From Phycisphaerales bacterium (GTDB lineage Bacteria > Planctomycetota > Phycisphaerae > Phycisphaerales > UBA1924), in contig OZ245777.1 in NCBI GenBank assembly GCA_965227775.1, forward strand, positions 2,912,001 through 2,976,000: a stretch of DNA of 64,000 nucleotides, given 5' to 3'. Below, one piece after another: positions 28,891 through 37,762 of this stretch (position 1 is the stretch's first letter; every line of letters begins with the position of its first letter). The notes under the pieces were generated by a model, which did not search any database, was not told where the DNA came from, and saw only the letters and a list, made by a program, of their open reading frames with translations. The position numbers and the translations under genes are program-made.

Positions 28891-30171
28891 TCACAGACCC
28901 CCGCCGTTGAGCGACTCGATCATCGCCACCATCGGCAGGAACATTGCGATCACGATCACGCCCACCATGACACCGATGCCAACAACCATCAGCGGCTCGA
29001 GCAGCGACAGGGCGGCCTTCACAGCGACGTCGACCTCTTCGTCGTAGTTGTCGGCGACCTTCATCAGCATCACGTCCAACTCGCCGGTCTCTTCACCCAC
29101 GTCCACCATGTTGACCACGATGGGCTCGCAGGTCTTGCTCTCACGAAGCGGCACGGCGAAGCTCTCGCCCTCGCGCACTGCATCGTGTACGCGGAGCAGC
29201 GCCTTCTCGAACACCGCGTTACCCGAGGTGTCGGCCGTAATACGGATGGCCTCAAGGATCGGCACGCCAGCAGAGATCAGCGTTCCCAGCGTTCGCGTGA
29301 ACTTCGCCACCGTCGACTTGCGGCTCACACCGCCCACAACCGGCGTCCACAACACCAGCCTGTCGGTGAGCGCCCGTCCGGGCTTGGCCAGGCGAATGAG
29401 CTTCCATGCGAACGGGATCGCGATGATCGTGCCGACGAAGATCACCGCACCCGGCACGACCTGGCCAGGCTGGCGGCCGGCCATCCACATGCTCGTATCA
29501 GTGAGCCAGATGGTCAGCCAGGGCAACTCGACGCCGAAGTCCTCGAAGATCTTCTGGAACTGCGGGATGATGACCACCATGATCATGACGAGGATGACCA
29601 CCGCCACGAACACGACCACAAGCGGATAGACCAGCGCGCCGCGGATCTGCCGCTTCAGCCGCTGGGCCTTCTCCATGAATTCGGCCAGGCGCTGGAGGAT
29701 GATGTCCAGCACGCCGCCGACCTCACCGGCCGCGATCATCTTGACGTACAAGCGATCGAACGCCTTGGGGTGCTTGGACATGGCCTCCGAGAGGCTCGAA
29801 CCACCCTGCACCTCATCGGTCAGGTCGATCAGCACGTTCTTCAGCGGGCCGGGCTTGGTTTGGCCCTCCAGGATCTGGAGGCTCCGGAGGAGCGGAAGGC
29901 CCGCGTCCTGCAGGGTCGACAGCTGACGCGTGAACTGCGTGAGCTGCTTCTTCTTGACCTTGCCGAAGAGCACGATCCCGCCACCGCGCTTCTTCTTGAC
30001 TGCCGGGCCCTCCGCGCCCTCGGATTTCTTCACCTTCTGCTCGCGCACCGAGGTGGGGTACAGGCTCTGGCTCTTGAGCCGGCCGATGGCCTCCTCGTCG
30101 GTGTTGGCCTCCAGGGTGCCCTTGCGCATCTTGCCCTGGGCGTCGCGAGCTTCGTACGTGAACGTTGCCAT
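28891..30171 (-). CDS. pilC: Type IV pilus / T2SS inner-membrane platform protein (PilC/GspF)
   Basis: MATFTYEARD, FTRQLSTLQDAGLPL, AGEVGGVLD, VGEETGELD and LLEP motifs; AGGAG RBS. Confidence 0.9.
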   Translation of the reverse strand: MATFTYEARDAQGKMRKGTLEANTDEEAIGRLKSQSLYPTSVREQKVKKSEGAEGPAVKKKRGGGIVLFGKVKKKQLTQFTRQLSTLQDAGLPLLRSLQILEGQTKPGPLKNVLIDLTDEVQGGSSLSEAMSKHPKAFDRLYVKMIAAGEVGGVLDIILQRLAEFMEKAQRLKRQIRGALVYPLVVVFVAVVILVMIMVVIIPQFQKIFEDFGVELPWLTIWLTDTSMWMAGRQPGQVVPGAVIFVGTIIAIPFAWKLIRLAKPGRALTDRLVLWTPVVGGVSRKSTVAKFTRTLGTLISAGVPILEAIRITADTSGNAVFEKALLRVHDAVREGESFAVPLRESKTCEPIVVNMVDVGEETGELDVMLMKVADNYDEEVDVAVKAALSLLEPLMVVGIGVMVGVIVIAMFLPMVAMIESLNGGGL

Positions 30172-30232
30172 ACCTTCGAACTCCTGATCCGCGATCCGTC
30201 GCCGCGGCGATTGGTACCTCGACCCCTGGGCC

Positions 30233-31963
30233 CTATTCCTCGACCAGCGTCTCGCGAACGACCTCGTCGATCGACGTCTGGCCCTCGTAGATCGCCAGCA
30301 ATCCGCTCTCGCGGAGCGATCGCATGCCACGACCGCGAGCGTGCTCGCGCACAAGATTCAGGCTCTCTTCGCGCATCACCATGTCCCGGATCGTGTCATC
30401 CATCGTCATGATCTCGAAGAGCGCCATCCGGCCCTTGTATCCGCCGTATTCCGCATCACTACGCGGCCGGTAGAAGGTCTTGCCCGCGACGTCCGATGCA
30501 CGCAGCCCGAGCTCCATCAGCTCTTCCTCGCCCGGCTCATACGCCTCACGCGCCGAAGGAGCAATCTTGCGCACCAGGCGCTGGGCCACGATGCCCTCGA
30601 TCGTCGCCGTCAGCAAGAACGGCTCGAGACCGAGATCAATCAAACGAACGATGGAACTCGGCGCGTCGTTGGTGTGCAGCGTGCTCAGCACCAAGTGACC
30701 GGTCAGCGACGCCTGCACGGCGATTTGCGCGGTCTCGAGGTCGCGAATCTCGCCCACCAGGATCACGTCCGGATCCTGACGGAGGAAGCTTCGCAGCGCC
30801 TTCGCGAAGGTCAGCCCAACGTCGTCGTTCACCTGCACCTGGCAGAGGCCGTCGATGTCGTACTCGACCGGGTCCTCGCTGGTCAGGATCTTTGTCTCGA
30901 TCCGGTTGAGTTCGGCCAGAGCCGCATACAGCGTTGTCGTCTTGCCCGAGCCAGTCGGCCCAGTCACCACGACGATGCCGTTGGGCTTCTCGATGAGTGC
31001 CCGGAAGCGGGTCAGGTCGTCCTCGCGGAAGCCGATGCGCTCGAGATTCAGCTCAACGTTCGAACGGTCGAGCACACGCATCACGACGCTCTCGCCGTGC
31101 ATGGTGGGAAGCACCGCGATACGAAGGTCGACCGGCTTACCGCCCACCTGCAGCTCGATGCGGCCATCCTGCGGCAGGCGTCGCTCGGCGATGTCTAGGT
31201 TCGCCATGACCTTCACGCGGCTCGTAATGGCCGGCCCAAGGTGCTTGGGCGGGGGAACCATCTCATACAGGACGCCGTCGATGCGGTATCGCATCTTGAA
31301 CTCGTCCTCGAATGGCTCGAAGTGGATATCGCTGGCTTTGTCCTTGATGGCCTGCAGCAGCACCAAGTTCAGCAGCTTGACGACCTGGTTGTCGCTCGCA
31401 GCCGTGGCGATGGCGTCCAGGTCGATCGAGTCGCTGCTGTGGCCAGCAAGCGCGTCAAACTTGCTGTCCTTGGCCAGGTTGCTGACCACGTCGACCACCG
31501 ACTCGCTCTTGGTGTAGTGCTTGGCGAGCAGGGCGTCGATTTGCTCGGGGTCGGCGACCACCGCCTCGACGGTCATGCCCAGGAGCAGGCGGAGGTCGTC
31601 CACCGCGCGGAAGTTGTTCGCGCTCTTCATCGCGATCTTCACCCGACGGGCGGTCTGGTTATACTCAATCGGGACAATCCCGTATGCCCGAGCGCTCTCC
31701 GCCGGCACTGAGTCGACCGTCGCGTCGTCCAGTTCCTTGCCGGCGAGATCGACGTAGGCCATGCCCGCCTGCCCCGCGAGCGCCGCCTGGACGTCGGCCT
31801 CGGTGCAGTACTCGAGCTCGATGAGGACCTCGCCGATCTTCTTCTTGCGGGTCCGCTGGATCGCCAGCGCCTCGTGCACTTGCTCACGGGACACCTTGCC
31901 CATCTTGGTGAGCACGCGGCCGATCTTCCGGCCCTTTAGCTCTTCGGGATTTGTTGTGGCCAT
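30233..31963 (-). CDS. pilB: PilB/GspE assembly ATPase (copy 2) with MshEN-like N-terminus
   Basis: ASDIHFEP, ERRLPQDGR, Walker A GPTGSGKTTT, EDPVEY, LRQDPDVILVGEIRD and TLHTND. Confidence 0.9.
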   Translation of the reverse strand: MATTNPEELKGRKIGRVLTKMGKVSREQVHEALAIQRTRKKKIGEVLIELEYCTEADVQAALAGQAGMAYVDLAGKELDDATVDSVPAESARAYGIVPIEYNQTARRVKIAMKSANNFRAVDDLRLLLGMTVEAVVADPEQIDALLAKHYTKSESVVDVVSNLAKDSKFDALAGHSSDSIDLDAIATAASDNQVVKLLNLVLLQAIKDKASDIHFEPFEDEFKMRYRIDGVLYEMVPPPKHLGPAITSRVKVMANLDIAERRLPQDGRIELQVGGKPVDLRIAVLPTMHGESVVMRVLDRSNVELNLERIGFREDDLTRFRALIEKPNGIVVVTGPTGSGKTTTLYAALAELNRIETKILTSEDPVEYDIDGLCQVQVNDDVGLTFAKALRSFLRQDPDVILVGEIRDLETAQIAVQASLTGHLVLSTLHTNDAPSSIVRLIDLGLEPFLLTATIEGIVAQRLVRKIAPSAREAYEPGEEELMELGLRASDVAGKTFYRPRSDAEYGGYKGRMALFEIMTMDDTIRDMVMREESLNLVREHARGRGMRSLRESGLLAIYEGQTSIDEVVRETLVEE

Positions 31964-32147
31964 GCCAGAATCCTTCGGAGTCCCGATCGCCCGCTCATCC
32001 GGGCGTCCACATATCTTCGCCCATCACCGCGTGATGATGCCAAGATCTGGGTCGATTGTCGGGACAAAACAATATGGGACACATGGATACTCGGCCGAAT
32101 CAATCGCTTGAATCAGCCAACACCCACACAGATTACGATCATGTTGA

Positions 32148-33299
32148 TCACGCGACGTCGTCTTCGTCAAGCTCCGGACGACCAATGGTCTTGCCCGCCT
32201 GATGCACGCGATCACGAAGGGCACCTGGATCCTTGCCCTTATCGACCATCTCCTCGGCACTGATGATGCCCTTGGTGTAGAGGTTCCACAGGTGGTCATC
32301 GAGCAGCTGCATGCCGAACTTGGCACCGGTCTGGATCGACGAATCGATGCGGAACGTCTTGCCCTCACGAATGAGGTTGGCGATGGCCGGAGTGACCATA
32401 AGGAACTCGTAGGCCGCGATCCGGCCGGGCTTATCGACCCGCTTGAGCAGGGCCTGGCTGAGCACAGCGATGAGGGCCGTCGAGAGCTGGACACGGATCT
32501 GGTTCTGCTGGCTGACCGGGAAGGCGTCGACCACGCGGTCGATCGTCTTGGCGGCGCCGGTGGTGTGCAGGGTGCCGAACACTAAGTGGCCCGTCTCGGC
32601 CGCTCGGATGGCCGCCTCGATGGTTTCGAGGTCACGCATCTCACCTACCAGGATCACGTCCGGGTCGGAGCGGAGCACGCGGCGGAGGGCCTCGGCGAAG
32701 CTGGGCACGTCGTTGCCCACCTCGCGCTGGTTCACCACGCTCTTCTTGTGGTAGTGGAAGTACTCGATGGGGTCTTCCATGGTCACGATGTGCCGGTCGT
32801 AGTAGGTGTTGATGTAGTCAAGCACCGTCGCGAGGCTGGTGGTCTTGCCCGAACCGGTCGGCCCGGTCACCAGGAACAGGCCACGAGGACGGCGGCTGAG
32901 ATCGCGAACGGCCTCCGGAAGGCCGATCTGTTCGAAGGTCAGCAGTTCGTTGGGGATGAGTCGGAGCACCAGGGCGAGGTCGCCGCGCTGCTTGAAGATC
33001 GACACACGGAAGCGGGCAGCGTCGCCATAGCCGAACCCGAAGTCCGTGCCGCCCATCTCGTTGATTTCCTGCTGGTTCCGCTCTGGGGTAATCGACTTCA
33101 TCAGCGACACCATGTCGTCCGAGTCGAGGACCTTGGTCTCCAGGTTCTTCAGCCCGCCGTGGAGGCGGACTGTCGGCTTGCGGCCGACGGTCAGGTGGAG
33201 GTCGCTCGCGCCCGTGCGGACCACGGTGTCGAGCAGTCGGTCGATCTGAACGGTGGCGCCGCCGCTGCCGCGGTCGCCCGAATCGTCGTACGAGGCCAT
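32148..33299 (-). CDS. pilT: Twitching motility / retraction ATPase PilT
   Basis: GASDLHL, GPTGSGKTTS, EDPIEY, AAETGHLVFGTLHT and the PilT-specific AIANLIRE motif. Confidence 0.92.
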   Translation of the reverse strand: MASYDDSGDRGSGGATVQIDRLLDTVVRTGASDLHLTVGRKPTVRLHGGLKNLETKVLDSDDMVSLMKSITPERNQQEINEMGGTDFGFGYGDAARFRVSIFKQRGDLALVLRLIPNELLTFEQIGLPEAVRDLSRRPRGLFLVTGPTGSGKTTSLATVLDYINTYYDRHIVTMEDPIEYFHYHKKSVVNQREVGNDVPSFAEALRRVLRSDPDVILVGEMRDLETIEAAIRAAETGHLVFGTLHTTGAAKTIDRVVDAFPVSQQNQIRVQLSTALIAVLSQALLKRVDKPGRIAAYEFLMVTPAIANLIREGKTFRIDSSIQTGAKFGMQLLDDHLWNLYTKGIISAEEMVDKGKDPGALRDRVHQAGKTIGRPELDEDDVA

Positions 33300-33357
33300 G
33301 CAAGGTCTCCTCAGGTCGAACGAACCGCTCGGTTCCGGGCGGTTCGCGGTGTCGTTG

Positions 33358-35079
33358 TTAGTCGGCGGTCTGGGTCACGCGGGCGACTTCGTCGGGCGTG
33401 GTATCACCCTTCAAGATCTTCCGCTTTCCGTCCTCGGTCAGTGTCTTCATGCCGCTCTTGATGGCCGCCTGGCGTAGCTCGGCCACGGGAGCCTTGCGGA
33501 ATGCCATCTCGCGGAGGTCGCTGTTCATGAGCATCATCTCGAAGATGGCCTTTCGGCCCTTGTAGCCGGTGGGCGCCTCGGGTGCGCTGCCAGGCTTGTA
33601 GACCTTGCCCTCCCACTCTCCGGCCTTAATGCCGCAAAGGTGCAGGAACTTGGGGTCGGGATTGTCATCGAGCACCCTACTGGGCTGGTGCAGCATGCGG
33701 ATGAGGCGCTGAGCCATCACCGCCTGGATCGAGCTGGCCACAAGGAAGGGCTTGATGCCCATGTCGATCAGACGCGTGATGGCACTGGGCGCGTCGTTGG
33801 TGTGCAGCGTGCTGAACACGAGGTGGCCGGTCAGTGCGGCCTGGATGGCGATCTCGCCCACTTCCTTATCACGGATCTCACCGACGAGGATGATGTTGGG
33901 CGCCTGGCGGAGCATGCTTCGCAGGATGGCCGGGAACGTCAGGCCGATGCCCTCGCGAACCTGGCATTGGTTGATGCCCTCGAAGTTGTACTCAACCGGA
34001 TCTTCTGCAGTGATGATCTTGCGGTCGGGACGGTTCAGCACGTCGAGCGCCGAATACAGCGTCGTGGTCTTGCCCGAACCGGTCGGGCCGGTCACGAGGA
34101 AGATCCCGTTCGGCCGGCGGATGATCTTGTTGAAGACCTCGAGGTTGTCGGACTCGAATCCCAGGTTTTCCAGACCGATCCGAACGGCGTCGGGCCGCAG
34201 AATACGCAGCACCACGCTCTCGCCGTGGTAGGTCGGGCAGGCCGACACACGGAAGTCGATGTCGGTCTGGTCAACGGGCAGCTTGATGCGACCGTCCTGG
34301 GGAATGCGCTTCTCGGCGATGTTCATGCCAGCGCTCAGCTTCACACGGCTGAGCAACGCGGGCTGCATGCGCTTGGGCAGGTTGTCACGCTCGATGCACA
34401 CGCCATCAATGCGATACCGAAGTCGAACGCGGTCGCCCATCGGTTCGATGTGCACGTCGCTCGCTCGCATGCGAACGGCTTCGCTCAGGATGCGGTTCAC
34501 GAGCTTCACGATCGGAGCGTCCTCGGACGCAACGTCGATCGACTTGTCAACCGAGCGATCGACCGAGCGGTCGATCGATGCGGTCACCAGGCCCTTCTCG
34601 CCCGGCTTGCCCTCCTGCTCGGCCGATGCGGCCTGGGCCTGGCCGTTCTCTGGGCCGCCCTCCAGGAACATACGAATAGCGGTCTTGGACGCGAGCAGCG
34701 GATCGATCTCAAGGTTCAGGCGGAACCGCAGCATGTCCTGCAGCTCGAGGTCCATCGGGTCGGAGACGATCAGCTTGAGGCGACCGCCATCCTTCGCGAC
34801 GGGTAGCACCATGTGCTTGCGGACGATCTCCTTAGGGATGAGGTCGACCTGGACGGTCTCCTTCGTGGCGGGGTCGTTCGGATTCACATACGGCACGCCG
34901 TACTGCTCGGCCAGCCCCTGGGCGACCTGCTCGTCGGTAGCAAACCCGGCCTCGACCAGCGCCTGGCCAACCCGTCGGCGGGAGCCCTTGGCGATACCGA
35001 GGGCTTTATCCATGTCTTCCTGGCTGACGACGCCCTTGGCCACCAGGATCTCACCAAGCTTCTTGCGATTTCGTGCCAT
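33358..35079 (-). CDS. pilB: PilB/GspE assembly ATPase (copy 1) with MshEN-like N-terminus
   Basis: KKLGEILVAKGVV...RRVGQALVEAG MshEN-like repeats; ASDVHIEP, GPTGSGKTTT and TLHTND. Start 35079 inferred within ORF 33358..35253. Confidence 0.9.
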   Translation of the reverse strand: MARNRKKLGEILVAKGVVSQEDMDKALGIAKGSRRRVGQALVEAGFATDEQVAQGLAEQYGVPYVNPNDPATKETVQVDLIPKEIVRKHMVLPVAKDGGRLKLIVSDPMDLELQDMLRFRLNLEIDPLLASKTAIRMFLEGGPENGQAQAASAEQEGKPGEKGLVTASIDRSVDRSVDKSIDVASEDAPIVKLVNRILSEAVRMRASDVHIEPMGDRVRLRYRIDGVCIERDNLPKRMQPALLSRVKLSAGMNIAEKRIPQDGRIKLPVDQTDIDFRVSACPTYHGESVVLRILRPDAVRIGLENLGFESDNLEVFNKIIRRPNGIFLVTGPTGSGKTTTLYSALDVLNRPDRKIITAEDPVEYNFEGINQCQVREGIGLTFPAILRSMLRQAPNIILVGEIRDKEVGEIAIQAALTGHLVFSTLHTNDAPSAITRLIDMGIKPFLVASSIQAVMAQRLIRMLHQPSRVLDDNPDPKFLHLCGIKAGEWEGKVYKPGSAPEAPTGYKGRKAIFEMMLMNSDLREMAFRKAPVAELRQAAIKSGMKTLTEDGKRKILKGDTTPDEVARVTQTAD

Positions 35080-35309
35080 AACGCGAATGTGCCCCGATTG
35101 AAGCCCTGACCGTGAACGCCGACCGGCCTGATTAGCCTCGGCGTGGAGTCTGCGATAGCCCCGCACGGACCGATGGGCCCGGCGGCGTTCCGTGACAGCG
35201 TACGCCGAGTGGACAGCCCCGGAGCGGCCCAGGGGCACTTTGCGCCAACCCAACCGCCACCGAACCTAGCCTTGATGAACGCCCGGGCCGCCTTCCTTCT
35301 TGAGCCATC

Positions 35310-36062
35310 ATGCCCAGCCACACTCCATCGCAATCCGCCGGAAATGCCACGTCGGCATCGGTGCTGATCACCGCGGGGCCTACGCACGAACCCATCGACG
35401 CGGTGCGCTACCTGGCCAACCGATCATCCGGCCGCCTGGGGCTTGCACTCGCAGATGCCGCGACGCGGCAGGGGTGTAAGACCACGCTGCTACTCGGGCC
35501 GACGGGCGGGCCGGTTGTTGCTCATACCAATACCCAAACGGGGCCAGCGAACGCCGACCCCGAGCAAGCACCAGATTCGCCGTGGACGCTCCGCCGGTTC
35601 CGGTCTTCGAGGGATCTAGAGGCGCTGCTGGTGCAGGAAGCCCCGACGTTCGACGTGCTGATCATGGCGGCCGCGGTCGCGGACTATCGCCCGGCAACAC
35701 CCGTTTCCGGCAAGTTGCCTCGCACCGCCGCGGGGCTGACGCTTGAGCTCGAACCCGTGCCCGACCTGCTGGCGACGGCAACTGCGGCAATGGAGCCCGG
35801 AGCTGTGGCGATCGGCTTCGCGTTGGAGGAAGACACGACCAGCCACGATCGCGCCATGAACAAGATGGCCCGCAAGGGCTGCCGGGCGATCGTGCTCAAT
35901 CCGCTGGCAACGATGGACTCGCCCGACATCGACGCGACAATCCTGTTCGCCGATGGGTCGCCGCCACTCTCGCCCGGCCCGCTCTCGAAGGACGCGTTCG
36001 CCCGCCGCCTGATCGAGGTATCGCTAGGCCTGTGGGCGCGCCGCGAAGGATCCGACTCGTGA
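35310..36062 (+). CDS. coaB: Phosphopantothenate--cysteine ligase domain protein (CoaB half of CoaBC)
   Basis: LITAGPTHEPIDAVRYLANRSSGRLG, MAAAVADYRP and IGFALE; no N-terminal flavoprotein (CoaC) domain. Confidence 0.85.
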   Translation: MPSHTPSQSAGNATSASVLITAGPTHEPIDAVRYLANRSSGRLGLALADAATRQGCKTTLLLGPTGGPVVAHTNTQTGPANADPEQAPDSPWTLRRFRSSRDLEALLVQEAPTFDVLIMAAAVADYRPATPVSGKLPRTAAGLTLELEPVPDLLATATAAMEPGAVAIGFALEEDTTSHDRAMNKMARKGCRAIVLNPLATMDSPDIDATILFADGSPPLSPGPLSKDAFARRLIEVSLGLWARREGSDS

Positions 36063-37762
36063 GCCCAGCACCACGCAAGCCCGGAGGCTCGCCGAAGCAG
36101 GGCGGCAAGCCCAGGCGCAAGCCGCCCAGGAGCGATCGGTCGCAGCACGTCGAGTTTCGACCGAGGCAACACGTGCGCGGTTCGAGCCCAGGACCCAAGG
36201 CGCCGCAAATCCGGCCGATTATTCTTGGCGAGCACGACGGGGTCGTGGTCGTCGAGAAGCCCGCGGGCATCGTGACCGCCGACAAGGACCCCAACCGAGA
36301 ATCGGTGCTTGCGCACGTGAAGCGATGGCTGAAGAACACGCGGCCCGATGCGCGCGTGTGGGTGGTCCATCGGCTGGACAAGGACGCGAGTGGCCTGCTG
36401 CTCTTCGCGACCACCCCTGAGGTCTATTCGTGGTTGAAGGAAGACCTGCGGGCCCACCGCGTAGAGCGCGAGTACACGGCAGTCGTGCAAGGAGCGCCTG
36501 AGTGGCAAGGCGAGCACACGCTGGCCGATCGCCTGCTCGATGGTCCCGAGCATCGGACGGTATTGGTCGCTCCGCCGACATCGACGACGGCGCGCAATGC
36601 GGTGACGCACGCGCGCGTGCTTGAAAGGGGCAAGGGCCGAGCGATGGTGTCGCTGCGACTCGAGACCGGGCGACGGCATCAGCTCCGAGTGCAGCTCAGG
36701 CACGCCGGCCATCCGATCCTGGGTGATCGCCTCTATGGACTGGAGCCCACAGGAGCTGAGAAGAAGAACAAGCATCTGCGCCTTTGCCTGCACGCCAGCA
36801 AGCTCACCCTGCACCACCCGGGCACCGGGCAGAAACTCGTGTTCGAGTCTCCCCCGCCGGCACGGTTCTACACGCTCGTCGGAAAGAAGGCTCCAAACGC
36901 ATCGATCGAGAAGCCCAAGGAGGCCGGGCCGAAGCCCCAACAGTCGACCGCGAAGGGCTGGGACCACGTCGCCGCGTGGTACGACAAGCTCGTGGGTGAG
37001 GGTCAGAGCGACCACCACTCGGCGGTCATCATTCCCGGCACGCTGCGGCTGCTGGACTTGCGCGAGGGAGAGCAACTTCTCGACGTAGCCTGCGGTGAGG
37101 GCGTGCTCGCGCGCGCGGCTGCCCAGCTCGGCGTGCGGGTTACGGGCATCGATGCGTCGGGGCGCTTGATTGACGCCGCCAGGAAGCGGGCCGGTGGCCT
37201 TGAGAAGTACGAGAGCGGCGACGCCCGGCAGCTCGACGCGTTGGGGCTTGGTCGCGACTTTGATGCCGCCGCCTGCATCATGGCGCTCATGAACATTGAC
37301 ACGCTCGAGGGCGTGTTCCGCGGCGTGGCGCAGTCGCTGAGACCGGAAGGACGGTTCGTGGCGGTGGTGTTGCACCCGGCGTTTCGCGCACCGGGCCAGA
37401 CCAGCTGGCAGTGGGACGAAGCGGAACAGTCCGGCCCCGGCCGGTCGCCGAAGTCGGACCAGCGTCAGTTTCGGCGCGTCGATGGGTACCTGACCCCGTA
37501 CGCGCATCCGATCGTGATGAATCCCGGCGCAGCGGCGCGCGGGCGGAAGCCGATCACGACCACGACGCACCACCGGCCGATCCAGGCATATGCGTCGGCG
37601 TTGTCGCGGTGCGGATTTGCCATCGAGGCCATCGAAGAATGGCCCAGCCAGCGGCAGAGCGAGCCAGGCCCCAGATCAGACGAAGAGAACCGGGCACGGC
37701 GTGAGATTCCGTTGTTCCTCGCGTGGCGCGCGCGGCTCGTGTCACCGGCTGGCGATCAGTAG
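36059..37762 (+). CDS. RluA-family pseudouridine synthase fused to a class I SAM methyltransferase
   Basis: VEKPAG, HRLDKDASGLL, LETGRRHQLR, HPILGDRLYG and LHA; then WDHVAAWYD, LLDVACGEG and HPAF. GTG 36059 overlaps the coaB stop. Confidence 0.85.
   Translation: MSPAPRKPGGSPKQGGKPRRKPPRSDRSQHVEFRPRQHVRGSSPGPKAPQIRPIILGEHDGVVVVEKPAGIVTADKDPNRESVLAHVKRWLKNTRPDARVWVVHRLDKDASGLLLFATTPEVYSWLKEDLRAHRVEREYTAVVQGAPEWQGEHTLADRLLDGPEHRTVLVAPPTSTTARNAVTHARVLERGKGRAMVSLRLETGRRHQLRVQLRHAGHPILGDRLYGLEPTGAEKKNKHLRLCLHASKLTLHHPGTGQKLVFESPPPARFYTLVGKKAPNASIEKPKEAGPKPQQSTAKGWDHVAAWYDKLVGEGQSDHHSAVIIPGTLRLLDLREGEQLLDVACGEGVLARAAAQLGVRVTGIDASGRLIDAARKRAGGLEKYESGDARQLDALGLGRDFDAAACIMALMNIDTLEGVFRGVAQSLRPEGRFVAVVLHPAFRAPGQTSWQWDEAEQSGPGRSPKSDQRQFRRVDGYLTPYAHPIVMNPGAAARGRKPITTTTHHRPIQAYASALSRCGFAIEAIEEWPSQRQSEPGPRSDEENRARREIPLFLAWRARLVSPAGDQ

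Noticed and set aside
28717..30411. 564-aa plus-strand ORF
   Set aside because: Antisense to pilC.
32025..32045. Sigma54-like TTGGCAT...GC upstream of pilB2
   Set aside because: Spacing between GG and GC is 9 nt, not the required 10.
35080..35309. c-di-GMP-I riboswitch or sigma54 promoter upstream of pilB1 (GGCGCAAAG on the minus strand)
   Set aside because: No GNRA-capped P2 hairpin or preceding GGCAAA, and the GG-to-GC spacing is not 10 nt.
35684..37573. 629-aa minus-strand ORF
   Set aside because: Antisense to coaB and the RluA-methyltransferase gene, both of which have clear motifs.
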